From contig JANXYS010000073.1 of NCBI GenBank assembly GCA_025355935.1, positions 1-33,670 of the forward strand: 33,670 nt of DNA, given 5' to 3'. Positions 19,672 to 27,861 of the stretch are shown here, piece by piece. The first letter of the stretch is position 1. Every line of letters starts with the position of its first letter. The notes under the pieces are model-generated. The model did no database searches. It worked only from the letters and a program-made list of their open reading frames with translations, and was not told where the DNA came from. The translations under genes were made by a program, and so were the position numbers. This DNA is from Chitinophagales bacterium (GTDB lineage: Bacteria; Bacteroidota; Bacteroidia; Chitinophagales; Chitinophagaceae).

Positions 19672-20817
19672 CCTTGTTACGCCGTCTGCTGTTTCTACAA
19701 TTGTAGCTTCAGGTAGAATATTATACTTTTTGTAATATGCTTCTGAGGCAGATTGTATAAATCTGGTCACAGAATTTTCTGCAATAATATTAATAGTGCA
19801 TCCGCCAAATCCACCCCCCATTAACCTTGCGCCAATCACTGCGTCGTCAGCTTCAGCAAGCTGAACAAGGAAATCAAGTTCCTCACAACTTACTTCGTAC
19901 AAATCGCGCAAACCATTGTGAGTTTCGAACAGCAAGCGGCCAAACTCAATGAGCTTATTTTCATGAAGGTATTTGGAAGCCAGCTCCGTCCGATTAATTT
20001 CTTCAATTACATAGAGGCATCTCTTGTAGACCTCATCACGCATCGCGGTTTTATATTGAAGTAGCTCCTCCACCCCACTAATATCCCGAAAACTTTTAAC
20101 TTCAGTATGACTGCCGATAATCTCAAGCCCTTCCTTACATTGTTTACGCCGAACGTTGTATTCGCTTGCAGCAAGGGTATGATGCACTTTGCTGTTCAAC
20201 AAAACAATCTGGTAACCTTCGATCTGCAGAGGGATGTATACATGATTAATTGACTGGCAATCTAGAAGAATCACCTGCCCTTTCAAACCCATCATATTTG
20301 CAAACTGATCCATTATCCCGCACTGTACAGCAGGGTAGCCATGTTCGGCGCGCTGGCACAATAGCGCAAGCTGCATGCGGGTAAGATTTGCGCCCAGCAA
20401 TTCGTTAAGTGCCAGCGCCAGCCCTCCCTCCACTGCCGCCGATGAGCTCATGCCACTGCCCCGTGGAATATCTCCACCAAATACACAATCAAATCCCATT
20501 ATTTCTACGCCAAGCAATTTGAACTCATTTACCACGCTTAAGACGTAATTTTTCCAATTATCTTCTTTGTGGATATCATCAGCGCCTGTTGTATAAGCTT
20601 CTCCAAAATCATGTGAATAAAAATTAATTTCTTTGCCTCCATTTAGTGCAACAGCATAATAAACCCCCTTACTAATTGCAGCCGGCATAACGAAGCCATC
20701 GTTATAATCAACATGCTCGCCGATAAGGTTGATGCGACCCGGAGAAAAATATAATTGAGGGACCGATGAAAATCTTTTACCATATTCAGCTAACATATTT
20801 TGCGGAAAAATATTCAT
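19660..20817 (-). CDS. galK: Galactokinase
   Basis: PGRINLIGEHVDYN, PRGSGMSSSAA (GHMP motif), CGIMDQ and GARLMGGGFGG. Confidence 0.95.
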   Translation of the reverse strand: MNIFPQNMLAEYGKRFSSVPQLYFSPGRINLIGEHVDYNDGFVMPAAISKGVYYAVALNGGKEINFYSHDFGEAYTTGADDIHKEDNWKNYVLSVVNEFKLLGVEIMGFDCVFGGDIPRGSGMSSSAAVEGGLALALNELLGANLTRMQLALLCQRAEHGYPAVQCGIMDQFANMMGLKGQVILLDCQSINHVYIPLQIEGYQIVLLNSKVHHTLAASEYNVRRKQCKEGLEIIGSHTEVKSFRDISGVEELLQYKTAMRDEVYKRCLYVIEEINRTELASKYLHENKLIEFGRLLFETHNGLRDLYEVSCEELDFLVQLAEADDAVIGARLMGGGFGGCTINIIAENSVTRFIQSASEAYYKKYNILPEATIVETADGVTRLEG

Positions 20818-20824
20818 GTCAGAT

Positions 20825-21787
20825 TTAAATTATTGATTTTATTTTAAAGTTAGTAATGAACTCTTTTTGCTCCCCCGGTTGCAGGATTGCAAGTCCCATT
20901 TGGTTATTAAATGCGTCGGGGGCGGAACTTATATTTTCGAGCGCAATTGAACGCCTGGTTGGCGGGGTATACAATTGAAGGTATGGGTATGACTTATCCG
21001 GACGAATTTCGAGCTGTATCATTTTTGCAGGATCTCTTAACACCACCATTGGCTGGCAAGTTGAGAAATCTAGTTCATAGCAATTGTCAATAAAAACATC
21101 CCCTATTTCTTTTAATGAGTTGAACTCATCGTAAGGCGTAAGCTTACCGGTTGGTATTAGTTCATCATCAAATTCAACCTTTCGGATAGCCTGGAACTCC
21201 ATTTGAAGATCATCGATAAGACCGCCAAAAGTAAAATAAGGATGCCAGCCATCTGCAATAGGAATGAGCCCCTCACCGGAATTAGTAATGAAGGTATTAA
21301 CGGAAAGCGAGTTATTAATTTTTAGTTCATATCTCACCATGCATCGGTAAATAAATGGATAGCCTTTATCTGTACCCATGTAGTCATAAATTAATTCCAC
21401 TATGGCAGACTCTTCGCCTCCACGGTGTGAAGCTACTTCAAATGCGGCATCGTATATAATGCCGTGTAAAGCATGCCTGAGAAGGTAAAACTTTTCGACC
21501 TGGTAATCTGCTCCGGCAAAATTATATTTTCCTTCATAGAGCCTGCAAACAAAGGGCGAGAGCTTCGCGCTTTTAAATCCACCGCTTTCAAGTTGTGTCC
21601 TAAGTGAATGTTCATCTGGATAATGATCTACCACATTCATGAGCTCGCCCCGGTGATACACTTCAAACCGATGAAGCATCGCGCCGTTATGAGGCGCAAT
21701 TGCCACCGATGTTTGCGAGGAAGTATCTTCCAGTATAACAAGGTCAATTCCATTCTCTGTTACAAACCGGGTTTTAAACATGCTCAT
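20825..21787 (-). CDS. Aldose 1-epimerase (mutarotase family)
   Basis: ALHG, GYPF, GWHPYF, IDNCY, LQLYTP and IALE motifs; directly upstream of galK. Confidence 0.88.
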   Translation of the reverse strand: MSMFKTRFVTENGIDLVILEDTSSQTSVAIAPHNGAMLHRFEVYHRGELMNVVDHYPDEHSLRTQLESGGFKSAKLSPFVCRLYEGKYNFAGADYQVEKFYLLRHALHGIIYDAAFEVASHRGGEESAIVELIYDYMGTDKGYPFIYRCMVRYELKINNSLSVNTFITNSGEGLIPIADGWHPYFTFGGLIDDLQMEFQAIRKVEFDDELIPTGKLTPYDEFNSLKEIGDVFIDNCYELDFSTCQPMVVLRDPAKMIQLEIRPDKSYPYLQLYTPPTRRSIALENISSAPDAFNNQMGLAILQPGEQKEFITNFKIKSII

Positions 21788-21807
21788 AAATTGATTTTCT
21801 TGCTTTA

Positions 21808-22182
21808 CTAATCTTCGTGCATTTTAATTTTCGACTTATTAAAACCGTATGCGCAATGCCTACAACCGTTCATGCAACAATAACCGCGCAAAAAATGATA
21901 AAGCTCAGTAAAAACCCAGTTGTTATTTTCAATATAGTAATGTAATCCTTCCTCAAGTTCAGTGGGGTTTGAAGGAAAAGATAATCCGACGGCTTTTTGT
22001 ACCAGTTCCTCGTGATGTTGCAGGCAGTTGTTACATAAGCAATCGTATTTAGTGCCTTTCAGGAATTTGATGCAATCCTCACTGAGCTTAAGGAGTGAAC
22101 AGGCGCATGCATGAACAGCGGATTTATTACATTGAAAAAAACTTCCGCATCTCCCGCAATTTTGCCCTGTTTGATTGTCCAT
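21808..22182 (-). CDS. Cysteine-rich protein (Cys_rich_CWC-like domain fused to a DUF5522-like domain)
   Basis: CxxC...C...CAC...CLCxxC followed by HFLRGYCCMNGCRHCAYG. Start uncertain (22182 preferred). Confidence 0.75.
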   Translation of the reverse strand: MDNQTGQNCGRCGSFFQCNKSAVHACACSLLKLSEDCIKFLKGTKYDCLCNNCLQHHEELVQKAVGLSFPSNPTELEEGLHYYIENNNWVFTELYHFLRGYCCMNGCRHCAYGFNKSKIKMHED

Positions 22183-22384
22183 TACTTTATGATGGTTAGG
22201 GAAAAATATGTTTCTCCTCATCAACGAAGTTAAGCACACTTAAAAATACATTAGCGTATAATTAGGGCAAAAATCTTTAAGTTTTTCATAGCCTTCCCGG
22301 AGGTAAAATTGCGGCATTCACAGACACTGGGCATTTTTTCTCGATCAAAACCAAAAAGAAAATTACCGGGTTACCCGGGCATGC

Positions 22385-22425
22385 TTATTTCCATTCATTT
22401 AGGACATTTGCCACTTATGGGATGC
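22385..22425 (+). repeat. 41-bp direct repeat, copy 1
   Basis: TTATTTCCATTCATTTAGGACATTTGCCACTTATGGGATGC; 36/41 identical to 22688-22728. Confidence 0.85.
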
Positions 22426-22687
22426 CCCCGCCTTGGTTTCTGTCCCCTTGATTCGCTACAGTCAATATCTTGACCTAGAATAGATTAACACAAATAGTGT
22501 AAGGATGTTAAGCCCATGGGAGCTCAAAAGAAGAATTTGCAGTTGGACTCCAGCATATCATCTGTAAATAGCACATTTAAGATGGTATCAAACGAGCCGT
22601 TTAGTCAGCAAATATGATTTAAGTTATGCATTTATTTTCTTGAGCAACATCATGAAACTGAATTTTCCAGTTCACCAAGACATTAGT

Positions 22688-22728
22688 TTATTTTCATTTA
22701 TTTAGGACGTTTACCACTTATGGCATGC
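22688..22728 (+). repeat. 41-bp direct repeat, copy 2
   Basis: TTATTTTCATTTATTTAGGACGTTTACCACTTATGGCATGC; 36/41 identical to 22385-22425. Confidence 0.85.
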
Positions 22729-22766
22729 TATTCCGTGCTCACAATCCACAAGTAAGTTTACATTTT

Positions 22767-23843
22767 ATGGAAAACATCAGGACAAAAGCATACGGCGCAT
22801 CGGGGACAATATTGGTAGGCAAAAAACTGGAGTTAATGGAAATCGAGCGCCAGGGACCGGCACCTGATGAAGTATTAATAGAGGTGTTGTACTGCGGGGT
22901 ATGTCATTCCGATGTTCACCAGGTAGCAAACGACTGGAATAATACTATCTATCCCTGCGTGCCCGGGCATGAAATCATCGGAAAAATTACGGACGTTGGA
23001 AAGGCTGTAACCAGGTTTAAGGAAGGAGACATTGTAGGTGTTGGTTGTATGATAGATTCGTGCAAACAATGCAAATCCTGCGCCCAGGGCGATGAACAGT
23101 TTTGCATGGGAACCCACGGGATGACCATGACCTATAACGGGTACTGGAAACCAAATGATACAGACTTTAATAGTTATGGCGGATTTTCTACCCATATCGT
23201 TGCCAATGAAAAGTTTGTTCTAAATATTCCGGATGGTATGGATATTACTGCAGCAGCGCCCATATTATGTGCAGGCGTAACTACATACGCGCCTTTGAAA
23301 CACCGGCAAATCAGGATAGGCGATAAAGTAGGTGTTATTGGGATCGGCGGTTTGGGTCACATGGGAGTGATGTTAGCAAAAGCTATGGGAGCGACGGTGA
23401 CGGCCATCACTACCGACAAAGAAAAAAAGAAGGCTGCCCTTGCAATTGGTGCCGACGCCGTATTAATTTCTACGGATAAGGATGCCATGAAAGCACAGGA
23501 GATAAGTTTTGATTTTCTGCTTTGCACCATTCCGGAAGAGTTCGATGTAAATCCTTATATCTGCTTGCTGGCTCCAAGAGGCAGCATGGTTACTGTGGGA
23601 TTGCTCGGCCCTTATAAGTCTCCAACTAACAATATTGAAATGGCTAAATATTCTCGTAGCCTTGGCGCTTCAATTATTGGTAGCATTGCTGAAACTCAGG
23701 AAGTGCTGGACTTCTGTGCAATGCACGGGATTTTACCACAGGTAGAAATGATCGATATTCAGGATATTAATGAAGCTTTTGAAAAGATCAGAGATGAGGA
23801 AGTACGGTTCAGGTATGTGATCGATATGAAATCGTTAAAATAA
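22767..23843 (+). CDS. Zinc-dependent NAD(P) alcohol dehydrogenase (cinnamyl-alcohol dehydrogenase type)
   Basis: CGVCHSD, PGHEIIG, structural-zinc CxxCxxCx7C, APILCAGVTTY, GIGGLG and RFRYVID. ATG at 22767 preferred. Confidence 0.93.
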   Translation: MENIRTKAYGASGTILVGKKLELMEIERQGPAPDEVLIEVLYCGVCHSDVHQVANDWNNTIYPCVPGHEIIGKITDVGKAVTRFKEGDIVGVGCMIDSCKQCKSCAQGDEQFCMGTHGMTMTYNGYWKPNDTDFNSYGGFSTHIVANEKFVLNIPDGMDITAAAPILCAGVTTYAPLKHRQIRIGDKVGVIGIGGLGHMGVMLAKAMGATVTAITTDKEKKKAALAIGADAVLISTDKDAMKAQEISFDFLLCTIPEEFDVNPYICLLAPRGSMVTVGLLGPYKSPTNNIEMAKYSRSLGASIIGSIAETQEVLDFCAMHGILPQVEMIDIQDINEAFEKIRDEEVRFRYVIDMKSLK

Positions 23844-23866
23844 GCATGTAGAATAATATAGACACA

Positions 23867-23894
23867 GCGGCTTCCGAATGGGAGCCGCCTTTTT
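23867..23894 (+). terminator. Intrinsic terminator between the convergent ADH and DsrE-like genes
   Basis: Stem GCGGCTTCC/GGGAGCCGC (one G-U pair), GAAT loop, then CTTTTT. Confidence 0.78.
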
Positions 23895-23914
23895 AATGCC
23901 GATGCATATAAAAT

Positions 23915-24604
23915 TTATTTCTGGTCTGGCTGAATTGAATACAAAACGTATCCCTTCAACTGGTAATTTGATAGAACTGTTTGAGCTGTCAAAGAGACTT
24001 TTACTTCCGGCAACAGATCTTCCGGTTGAAACTGGAAGAATGCCATCGCCTGCCCGCAGGCAATTATTCGTGCGCCCATTTTTTCAAGACTCGTCAGGAG
24101 CTTTACGTTCGGATTGTCAATGTGATATTTTTTCTGATATCGCTGGTTATTGCTTATTGCATTCAATGCCCCGCCATGTACAACAATTACAGGCATAATT
24201 TTATTTAGCGAAATGCCTGATGCCACGTGCAGGTTAATCAGCCTGGCGATTTCCACTAGCGAATAATTGAGTTCCTTAGCAACTGAGTCGGGGTTTTTCA
24301 CCGTCACCTCAAATAGTAATTTATAATCTTGTTTAAGGTCGGGCACTTCGGTAATATTCTTCACCGGTATCACGCCTGAATATTCACCAGCATTAACGGC
24401 CGGGAAAATGCTGACAGCCTTAATGTGAGCCCAATGCGCCGTTTCAGCAAATTGGGCTTCCAATTTTAGCGAATCAGCATGCACTATCGCTTTAAAAATG
24501 CTGTCTTTTTTGACTTTCACAGAGTCTGTTTCCAGAGCCATCTGAGCAAAAGCAGAAAAGCATAAAAATAATCCAGCAACAAGAAAAAACATTTTGACTT
24601 TCAT
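23915..24604 (-). CDS. Secreted DsrE/DsrF-like family protein
   Basis: Signal-peptide-like N-terminus (MKVKMFFLVAGLFLCFSAFA-Q) and a C-terminal domain with ARLINLH, VVHGGA, NPN and IIACGQAM. Alternative starts at 24610 and 24592. Confidence 0.78.
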   Translation of the reverse strand: MKVKMFFLVAGLFLCFSAFAQMALETDSVKVKKDSIFKAIVHADSLKLEAQFAETAHWAHIKAVSIFPAVNAGEYSGVIPVKNITEVPDLKQDYKLLFEVTVKNPDSVAKELNYSLVEIARLINLHVASGISLNKIMPVIVVHGGALNAISNNQRYQKKYHIDNPNVKLLTSLEKMGARIIACGQAMAFFQFQPEDLLPEVKVSLTAQTVLSNYQLKGYVLYSIQPDQK

Positions 24605-24710
24605 ACCCATTTTTTTACTAGTAAGATACAATATTAAGAGAAGTAATAATATCTTTAAAACAATATGATTACTTGTCGCTAATTTCGGGATTGCTTTTTA
24701 TGTTCTAAAA

Positions 24711-25670
24711 ATGAGTAACAGATCTATTTTAAGATATTTCCTGATCGTTTTGATGGGCTTAATTTTAGGCTCTGTCTTGTTATATAAGTCGATCCCGAAC
24801 CCTTCTACCACCGAAAATTCATCGCCCAAGGCATTTTCAGACGAACCACTTTTAAATAATCTTCCTGAATCAGCAAAAAAAACTCTTCTGATTTATGGAA
24901 GAGAACTCATTATAAATACTGCTGCATACCTTGGACCAAACGGATCCATTGCATCTATCAGTAATGGGATGAATTGCGGCAATTGCCACTTGGAAGCGGG
25001 TACGCGGAGCAACGCAAATGCGTATATAAAAGTTGCAGCCACTTATCCAAAATTTAAGCCTCGTAGTGGCAGGGTCGAGTCTGTAACATTCAGGGTAAAT
25101 GACTGCCTGCAGAGAAGCCTTAATGGCCAGATACTTGATACCCTTAGCATGGAGATGATGGCAATCGTGGCATATATTAAATGGACGGCTGGGATTAGCA
25201 GGCCCGATCACGGAGAGATCCATCCCGGAACTCCCGAATTGCCCGTATTGGCCCGTGCAGCTTCAGTGATTAACGGAAAAGATGTCTTTAGGACAAATTG
25301 CGTTGTTTGTCATGGTAACAATGGACAAGGCCAGTTACTACCGGGCGCTACCGGTTATAAGTATCCGCCGTTATGGGGCGACAAAAGTTACAACGTGAGT
25401 GCAGGAATGTACCGTCTCTCCAAGCTGGCAGGGTTTGTAAAGTACAATATGCCGTATACCGAGAAGCAGGGGGCACCCATGTTAACCGACGAGCAGGCAT
25501 GGGATGTCGCTGCTTTTGTAAATTCTCAGCCGAGAGGTAATAAACGTTTTGGATCAGACTGGCCAGAGATGGCAGCGAAACCCTACGACTATCCATTTGG
25601 ACCTTACGCTGATGCATATTCTGAAGAAAGGCATAAATATGGACCCTACGGGGATATAAAGAAAAAATAG
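24711..25670 (+). CDS. tsdA: Diheme c-type cytochrome, thiosulfate dehydrogenase/tetrathionate reductase-like
   Basis: Two CxxCH motifs (CGNCH, CVVCH), RVNDCLQRSLNG active-site Cys motif, PPLWG..SYN..AGM, NMP and SQPR; N-terminal hydrophobic anchor. Confidence 0.8.
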   Translation: MSNRSILRYFLIVLMGLILGSVLLYKSIPNPSTTENSSPKAFSDEPLLNNLPESAKKTLLIYGRELIINTAAYLGPNGSIASISNGMNCGNCHLEAGTRSNANAYIKVAATYPKFKPRSGRVESVTFRVNDCLQRSLNGQILDTLSMEMMAIVAYIKWTAGISRPDHGEIHPGTPELPVLARAASVINGKDVFRTNCVVCHGNNGQGQLLPGATGYKYPPLWGDKSYNVSAGMYRLSKLAGFVKYNMPYTEKQGAPMLTDEQAWDVAAFVNSQPRGNKRFGSDWPEMAAKPYDYPFGPYADAYSEERHKYGPYGDIKKK

Positions 25671-25766
25671 AGCCTGTTGGCATAATCTTGCATGCGCTCT
25701 TGACAAGAAAAGAACACAGCTAAAATAATACTTTGCATTGACAGAATTTCACCAGAAGAAATTAAA

Positions 25767-26201
25767 TTGATTGGTTTATCTCTCGATACGAAGACTATAA
25801 ATGAAAACGGTCAGTCTGCCATTGATTGTGGCAGGCACTGGCAGAAGTTTGAAGTAGGAAAGTATGCAGATAGGATTTCTGGAAAACTAACCGATGAGAT
25901 ATTTGCCGTGTATTATAATTATGAAGGAGATTACTCCAAACCGTATTCCTACTTTATCGGTTGCCGGGTGGAGGAACTAACTGACATCCCGGAAGGCATG
26001 GCGTCACTCACTATCCCACAAGCACATTATGCTAAATTTATTGCCAGGGGAGAGATGCCCGGTTGTGTAGCTAACGAATGGGTGAACATTTGGGAATCGG
26101 ATTTACGCAGAGCGTACCAGGCAGACTTTGAAATCTATGATGAGCGGAGTACAGATTGGCAGAGCGCAGAGGTTGGGATTTATGTGGGGGTACTTAATTA
26201 A
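25767..26201 (+). CDS. GyrI-like / AraC effector-binding domain protein (start uncertain)
   Basis: LIGL..KT.NENG, WQKF, AVYYNYEGD, YFIGC, YAKF, R.Y.ADFEIYD and IYVGV. Confidence 0.8.
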   Translation: MIGLSLDTKTINENGQSAIDCGRHWQKFEVGKYADRISGKLTDEIFAVYYNYEGDYSKPYSYFIGCRVEELTDIPEGMASLTIPQAHYAKFIARGEMPGCVANEWVNIWESDLRRAYQADFEIYDERSTDWQSAEVGIYVGVLN

Positions 26202-26235
26202 CTGCGTTTCTAACTTTTCTGCTTTATTTATTGAG

Positions 26236-26307
26236 TGGTCCCGCCAAGAATCGAACTTGGATCTAAAGTTTAGGAAACTTCTATTCTATCCATTGAACTA
26301 CGGGACC
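26236..26307 (-). tRNA. tRNA-Arg (anticodon CCT); CCA not encoded
   Basis: The minus strand GGTCCCGTAGTTCAATGGATAGAATAGAAGTTTCCTAAACTTTAGATCCAAGTTCGATTCTTGGCGGGACCA folds as a cloverleaf, with anticodon loop TT-CCT-AA and T loop TTCGATT. Confidence 0.96.
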
Positions 26308-26409
26308 AGAGAAATTAGAAACTAAAAGGCAAGCTTACCTCAAATCTGCAAAAACAAAAAATCCTTTGCTATTAATGCTTTTGGCTATCATTTTTTAATT
26401 TCCGGAGGG

Positions 26410-26417
26410 CAAAAATA
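26410..26417 (-). promoter_or_regulatory. Putative -7 promoter element (TATTTTTG) for tRNA-Arg
   Basis: TAnnTTTG match about 100 nt upstream of the tRNA 5' end. Confidence 0.55.
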
Positions 26418-26467
26418 ATGTTTTCTATTTACCAAAAATCGAAAATATAAAAAGTCAAACCTTATCC

Positions 26468-26475
26468 TATCTTTG
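26468..26475 (+). promoter_or_regulatory. Putative -7 promoter element (TATCTTTG) for the TPR gene
   Basis: TAnnTTTG match 42 nt upstream of the ATG at 26518. Confidence 0.55.
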
Positions 26476-26517
26476 CCTCCCGGTAAAATTTTTGTCTCCC
26501 GGTAAATTTTCTTGAGT

Positions 26518-27174
26518 ATGAAATGGATGAACACGATCATTAAATACCGTCTGTGGCTGGGGCTTTTTTTGCTGGCTGTTGCCATCTTCGTTAATTATCA
26601 AACCAGTTTCTGGCCGTCTTTTATACTTTATTTACTGGCTGTGGTATTAATTGCCGGCCATTTTCTTTTCGGCCCAATGCGCCTAATCCAGGCACATATG
26701 GAGGAAGGTGATATGCCTGCCGCGAAAAAGGTGGTTGATGGCATTATGTTCCCGGCATTGCTGATCAAACCTATGCGTTCGGTTTATTATACCATTAAGG
26801 GTAACCTGGCCATGGTCGACCAGGATTATGATAACGCTGAAAAGCACATGAAGCAGAGTATTGCGCTGGGGGGTGGGCAATTAACTAAGGCTGCCGAAGG
26901 CCCAAACAAGCTCCAACTAGGCATGCTGCAGATGCAAAAAGGCAACATCAAGGAAGCAGAAAGTTATATCCGCCAGGCAATCCGCGCTGGTTTACCGGAT
27001 AAGGAAAATAATGCGGCTGCTTATCTGCAGCTGTGTTCTATCATGATGAACAAAAGAGAATTCAGGGCGGCGAAAGAATATTTTAAGAAGGCCAAGAGCT
27101 TCAAGGCTACCACGCCCCAGATCGTTGATCAAATCAAGCAGATTGAAAAGTATATCACGCGTATGCCGGGATAG
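26518..27174 (+). CDS. Membrane-anchored tetratricopeptide repeat protein
   Basis: Two N-terminal hydrophobic helices, then TPR-like repeats (GNL...YDNAEKHMKQSI; LGML...IKEAESYIRQAI; AYLQL...FRAAKEYFKKA). Confidence 0.78.
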   Translation: MKWMNTIIKYRLWLGLFLLAVAIFVNYQTSFWPSFILYLLAVVLIAGHFLFGPMRLIQAHMEEGDMPAAKKVVDGIMFPALLIKPMRSVYYTIKGNLAMVDQDYDNAEKHMKQSIALGGGQLTKAAEGPNKLQLGMLQMQKGNIKEAESYIRQAIRAGLPDKENNAAAYLQLCSIMMNKREFRAAKEYFKKAKSFKATTPQIVDQIKQIEKYITRMPG

Positions 27175-27282
27175 GGGAACCACAGAGTTCAATGAGTTTA
27201 GAAAAGGAGTTTTTAGAGTCATTTTAATTAGAACATAGCTCTTTTCCTCCGTATCCCCTCTTTCACCTGTGTGGTAAAAAAT

Positions 27283-27741
27283 TTAAAATAGTTTCTCCAC
27301 GGCTGCAAACCTATAATCAAAGATTTCCTTCAGTTGTTTCTTCACAAAAAGGGTATTCGCAATATCTCCAAAAAACCAAAAAGGCATTTTGTAGTGAACA
27401 ATGTCCGTCATTTCAACCCCTCCTTCCGTTTCTTTAAAATGGTGCTGATGGTGCCATAAACTGTAGGGCCCAAAGCGCTGTTCATCCACGAAATATTGCT
27501 GATCCTGCACATGCGTTATTTCCGTCATCCAGTATAACGGGATTCCCAAAACCGGTTTCACTGTATACTCAATGATTTGACCGGAATACATTTTCTCCCC
27601 ATGATATTTCGAAACGATTTCAAAACCCATTTTTGCCGGCGTGATTTTTTGGAGATTTGCAGGACTGCTGAAAAAATCCCATGCCCGTTCGAGACTAATT
27701 GGCAGGAACTGGACCGTTTTTAAAGAATAAACCTTACTCAT
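27283..27741 (-). CDS. SRPBCC (START/Bet v1-like) family protein
   Basis: AWDFFSSPANLQKITP, WMTEIT, FVDEQRFGPY..WHHQH, MTDIVHY and IFDYR. ATG at 27741 preferred. Confidence 0.87.
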   Translation of the reverse strand: MSKVYSLKTVQFLPISLERAWDFFSSPANLQKITPAKMGFEIVSKYHGEKMYSGQIIEYTVKPVLGIPLYWMTEITHVQDQQYFVDEQRFGPYSLWHHQHHFKETEGGVEMTDIVHYKMPFWFFGDIANTLFVKKQLKEIFDYRFAAVEKLF

Positions 27742-27861
27742 ATTGCCCTGTTTAACAAGCAATCGATCCTATTGTTCGGTTTCGGGCTGAAGTGTCGCCT
27801 CCCGAATTTATACCAGCTGAAGTTTCTAGCATAAAACTGGCACAAAATGAAATCAAAGATT

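Noticed and set aside
22421-22434. att duplication of the tRNA 3' end (TGCCCCCGCC versus TGGTCCCGCC)
   Set aside because: The match is too short and mismatched to exceed chance, and there is no integrase.
22281-22460. Cobalamin riboswitch upstream of the Cys-rich gene (minus strand contains GGGAAGGC)
   Set aside because: The other conserved elements (GGGAA/GGTG..AATCC, CCCGCAACTGT, GCCACTG, AGCCAG) are not present in order. An Rfam scan would settle it.
22385-22728. CRISPR array interpretation of the 41-bp repeats
   Set aside because: Only two copies, a 262-bp spacer and no cas genes.
26128-26325. 65-aa plus-strand ORF
   Set aside because: It is the antisense translation of the tRNA gene (WSRQESNL is a typical artefact).
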